From Peribolospora baueri (taxonomy: Eukaryota): DNA of 64,000 nt. Position numbers and translations under genes: made by a program. Under the pieces are notes generated by a model. The model ran no database searches. It was not told where the DNA came from and was given only the letters and a program-made list of their open reading frames with translations. Positions within the stretch are counted from its first letter, which is position 1, and each line of letters begins with the position of its first letter. The stretch covers positions 1-64,000 of the forward strand of contig JAMDHS010000092.1 in the NCBI GenBank assembly GCA_029717555.1, read 5' to 3'. Shown one piece after another: positions 61,326-64,000 of this stretch.

Positions 61326-64000
61326 CTAGTAGAACCGCCCCCTACCGCGACCTGATCGACCGACAAGCGTGCAAAGGACAGCGTTAGATGATGAAGCGAT
61401 GCGATAGAAAAAAAAAAGACCGATTCGGCTCACCCCTTCTCCTTCCCCTCGGCGGCGACGCCCCATCGAAGCGTCCTCGTCCGGTTGGCCCGCCACCACC
61501 GAAGTTGGCGAGCGAGAAGGCGCGACCGCCACGACCGGGCGGAGCGGTGGGGGTGGGAAGGGACGATTGACGGAAAGTCTCCATCAGGTCTTCCGGCTTG
61601 AAGGTAGGCCCTGAGAAAGCAAGTAGGTTCAAAAAGCCATAGCGGATGCATCCAGTCAGCCTTACCCAAGGTCGAACAAAGCCGAGGTCAAAAGACAGAA
61701 GCAGCTTACCATCAAAGCTGGATGCCGTGGGCAACAAGCTCATGAAGAAAACCACCGCCTCCGGAATGTCGCCATACGCATTTCTTTCCTCAGGGGCCTT
61801 GCTCGCCTCTGGTCTGCCACTGCCACCGCCACCGCCGACGGCGGGACTCGAACCGCGCTTCCTCGTCCGGTCGAACCCACCTCCCCTTTCCGGTGAGGGG
61901 GTCGACCGTCGATCTGCCTTGCGACGCTTTGCAGCTGGCTCCGCCTGAGCACGATCTGCTTCCCCTTCCGAGTCGGCGTCCTTGGACACCTTTTGGGCCT
62001 GACCATTCCGAGGGGTCTTCCGATGCTCGTCCTCATTAGCCTGTCCGTACCGTGCAGGCTCCACAAAGCTATCATCCGAATGTGACTGGTCCAGGCCTCT
62101 GTCCCGGGTGCTTATAGGGTCCAAATCGAGGTATGAATGACGGTCGGTGAAACGGTCAATGTGAGGCTCTACAGAACGGAACAGCGAGAGCGAGTTAGTA
62201 TAGATCTGCAAGCGGACATCCTCAGAATCCGATCTGACCTCATTCACATACCTTCAGGGTACGCTTCTGCCAATCGATCCTCGAGTCTCCTGGCTGCTGT
62301 TGCATCACCGAAGTGAAACTCGTACTCGGACCAGCGCTCCCATACAAGCCGCGCCTGCTCCGGCGTGAAAGTCCCGATCGTACGTTCGAACAATGCTCGA
62401 GCGTCTACGACCGATACACAAGTCCACGTGAGCGCCACATGTCACGTAAACCAAGCAGAGAGGAACAAGACCGATACAAAAAAAAACACCCAAACGCTCA
62501 CTGTTGTCATCGTTGATGTTGATCAAAAAGTCCAGATACCGGACGACAAATTGCGAGTCACCCTTGCCGACGTTGTTGAGACCGAGCTCATACACTTTCG
62601 TGGCTATCGTTTGATCCTTCGAGCAGTGGTACTCCATCATCGCTGAGGCGTCGTATACGTGCCAGGTGCAGTGGGGCGACTTCCGCGCCTTCCCGAAGAT
62701 CGCTCGCGCAGGTTTGATGCCCTTCGAGCGGATGATAGATAAAGACGATTTAAAGTCAGAGGCCGTCTTCATGCAGGATTGCTCCTTCATCCAACGGAGA
62801 ATCATGTCCGTCGACACATAGTGGGACCAACTCACTTCAGCTCTCCTGACGAACCGTATCCACGCTATCCAGACCATGGCCCCGGCTTTCTTCTCTTCGT
62901 CAACCTCGACCTGTCTTCGTTGTCGAACCTCGGCTTTCTTTTCCTCCCGCCGCTCCACCTTCTTCCTCTCCTCTTCACGCTCCTCACCGGTCATAAGCTC
63001 CTCTTCACCACCTGCCGCGGTAGAGACGATACCGTCTTTGTTCTTCTTCGCTTCTTCGGCCTCGGCAACTTTAGCGGCTTCGGCAGCAGCTTCGGCGTCG
63101 ATCGACCCTACCTCTTCTTCAATGCTTCGCTGGATGTGCTCGACACCTTCATGGATCGCACCGACAAGACGCTCGAACACGGAGCTCACTTCGGGCAGAA
63201 TAGTCGCCAGTGGCGAACCCATCGACGCCGCACGGGACTCAAGGAAGTCCACCAGGGCGAAGCCAAGAAGAGTGGACGAGGGACACGCTTCGATTCCTCC
63301 CCGCAAAAGAGCTATAGCCGCGTCCGCACGAGAAAGCCGGAACAATGCCTGTGCGCCCATGTACCTGAGATTCAAACAAGCATGGTTGTCCAGGCGTTAA
63401 CAGGGAAATACGGTGACGTCCTGTACGAATTTTAACTCACCAAACCTCCGGGAAGAATCGAACATGCATGGTCGCCACGTGATACGCCCACTCGATCCTA
63501 CTCGCAAGCGCCTGTTGGTCCTCCAAGTCGAGCGGATTGCTCTCTTCCCACTTCAAGTACTTTTTCCAGTCTTCCACCGCTTCCTTCTCCTTGGCTGTCC
63601 AGGACGGCTTCGCAGGCGGTCGCGGCAACAAAGGTCGGTAGAGCCGGTCGGCGAGCTGACGCAATTCGCGAAGCGCCCCTCGTGCTGTCATGTACGCGGG
63701 CGAGCGCTCTGCAAGAAATTTTTTCGCCTGTTCGCGAAAAGAAAGTCGGTGCGGACGGTGGAAAAGTACCGAGACGAGGATAGGAACAAGATAATCGAAG
63801 GTCAGGTTGAAGCATTACCGGTTGGGCTCATCACAAATGGCGCCAATCGAGCGGTCATAGCCAAATGAAGCTAGAATAGATGACTTGATACAGCTCTCGC
63901 GGGGCCAAGAAGTGTGGTTGACGTTTCCGGCGGCAACATGGTTTGCCATCTTCGCCTGCCAATGGGCTTAGAGACAATCACACGCTCGCACATGCAACTG
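61326..64000 (-). CDS. RNA14: mRNA 3'-end processing factor Rna14/CstF-77 (HAT repeats), 5' part outside the window
   Basis: [82 protein letters not shown]. Confidence 0.92.

Overview
Eukaryotic, intron-rich, GC-rich fungal DNA, most likely a basidiomycete (short GT-AG introns with CTGAC/CTAAC branch points). The centre holds a ~16-kb ferrichrome-family siderophore NRPS (vestigial half-C, then A-T-C-A-T-C-A-T-C-T-C). Its promoter has ATCAGATA(A/G) iron-GATA boxes, and it lies tail-to-tail with an N5-hydroxyornithine acyltransferase; no ornithine monooxygenase is in the window. The left 4.4 kb is an accessory patch: a truncated protein kinase, an intronless unknown protein, a decayed Ty3/Gypsy gag and a 3-exon secreted GH24 phage-type lysozyme. 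The rest is mostly housekeeping: Rex1-like exonuclease head-to-head with CCA1, a huge disordered protein, TSC13, a UPF0187/bestrophin-like channel, HMT1, a 2-TM protein, Chz1-like chaperone, peroxisomal citrate synthase, GCNA/SprT-like protein, RPL19, MED9 and RNA14 (partial). Non-coding oddities include a perfect 45-bp inverted repeat, local duplications and microexons. All gene models were spliced by eye, so exon edges are approximate and family calls come from motif recognition, not database searches.
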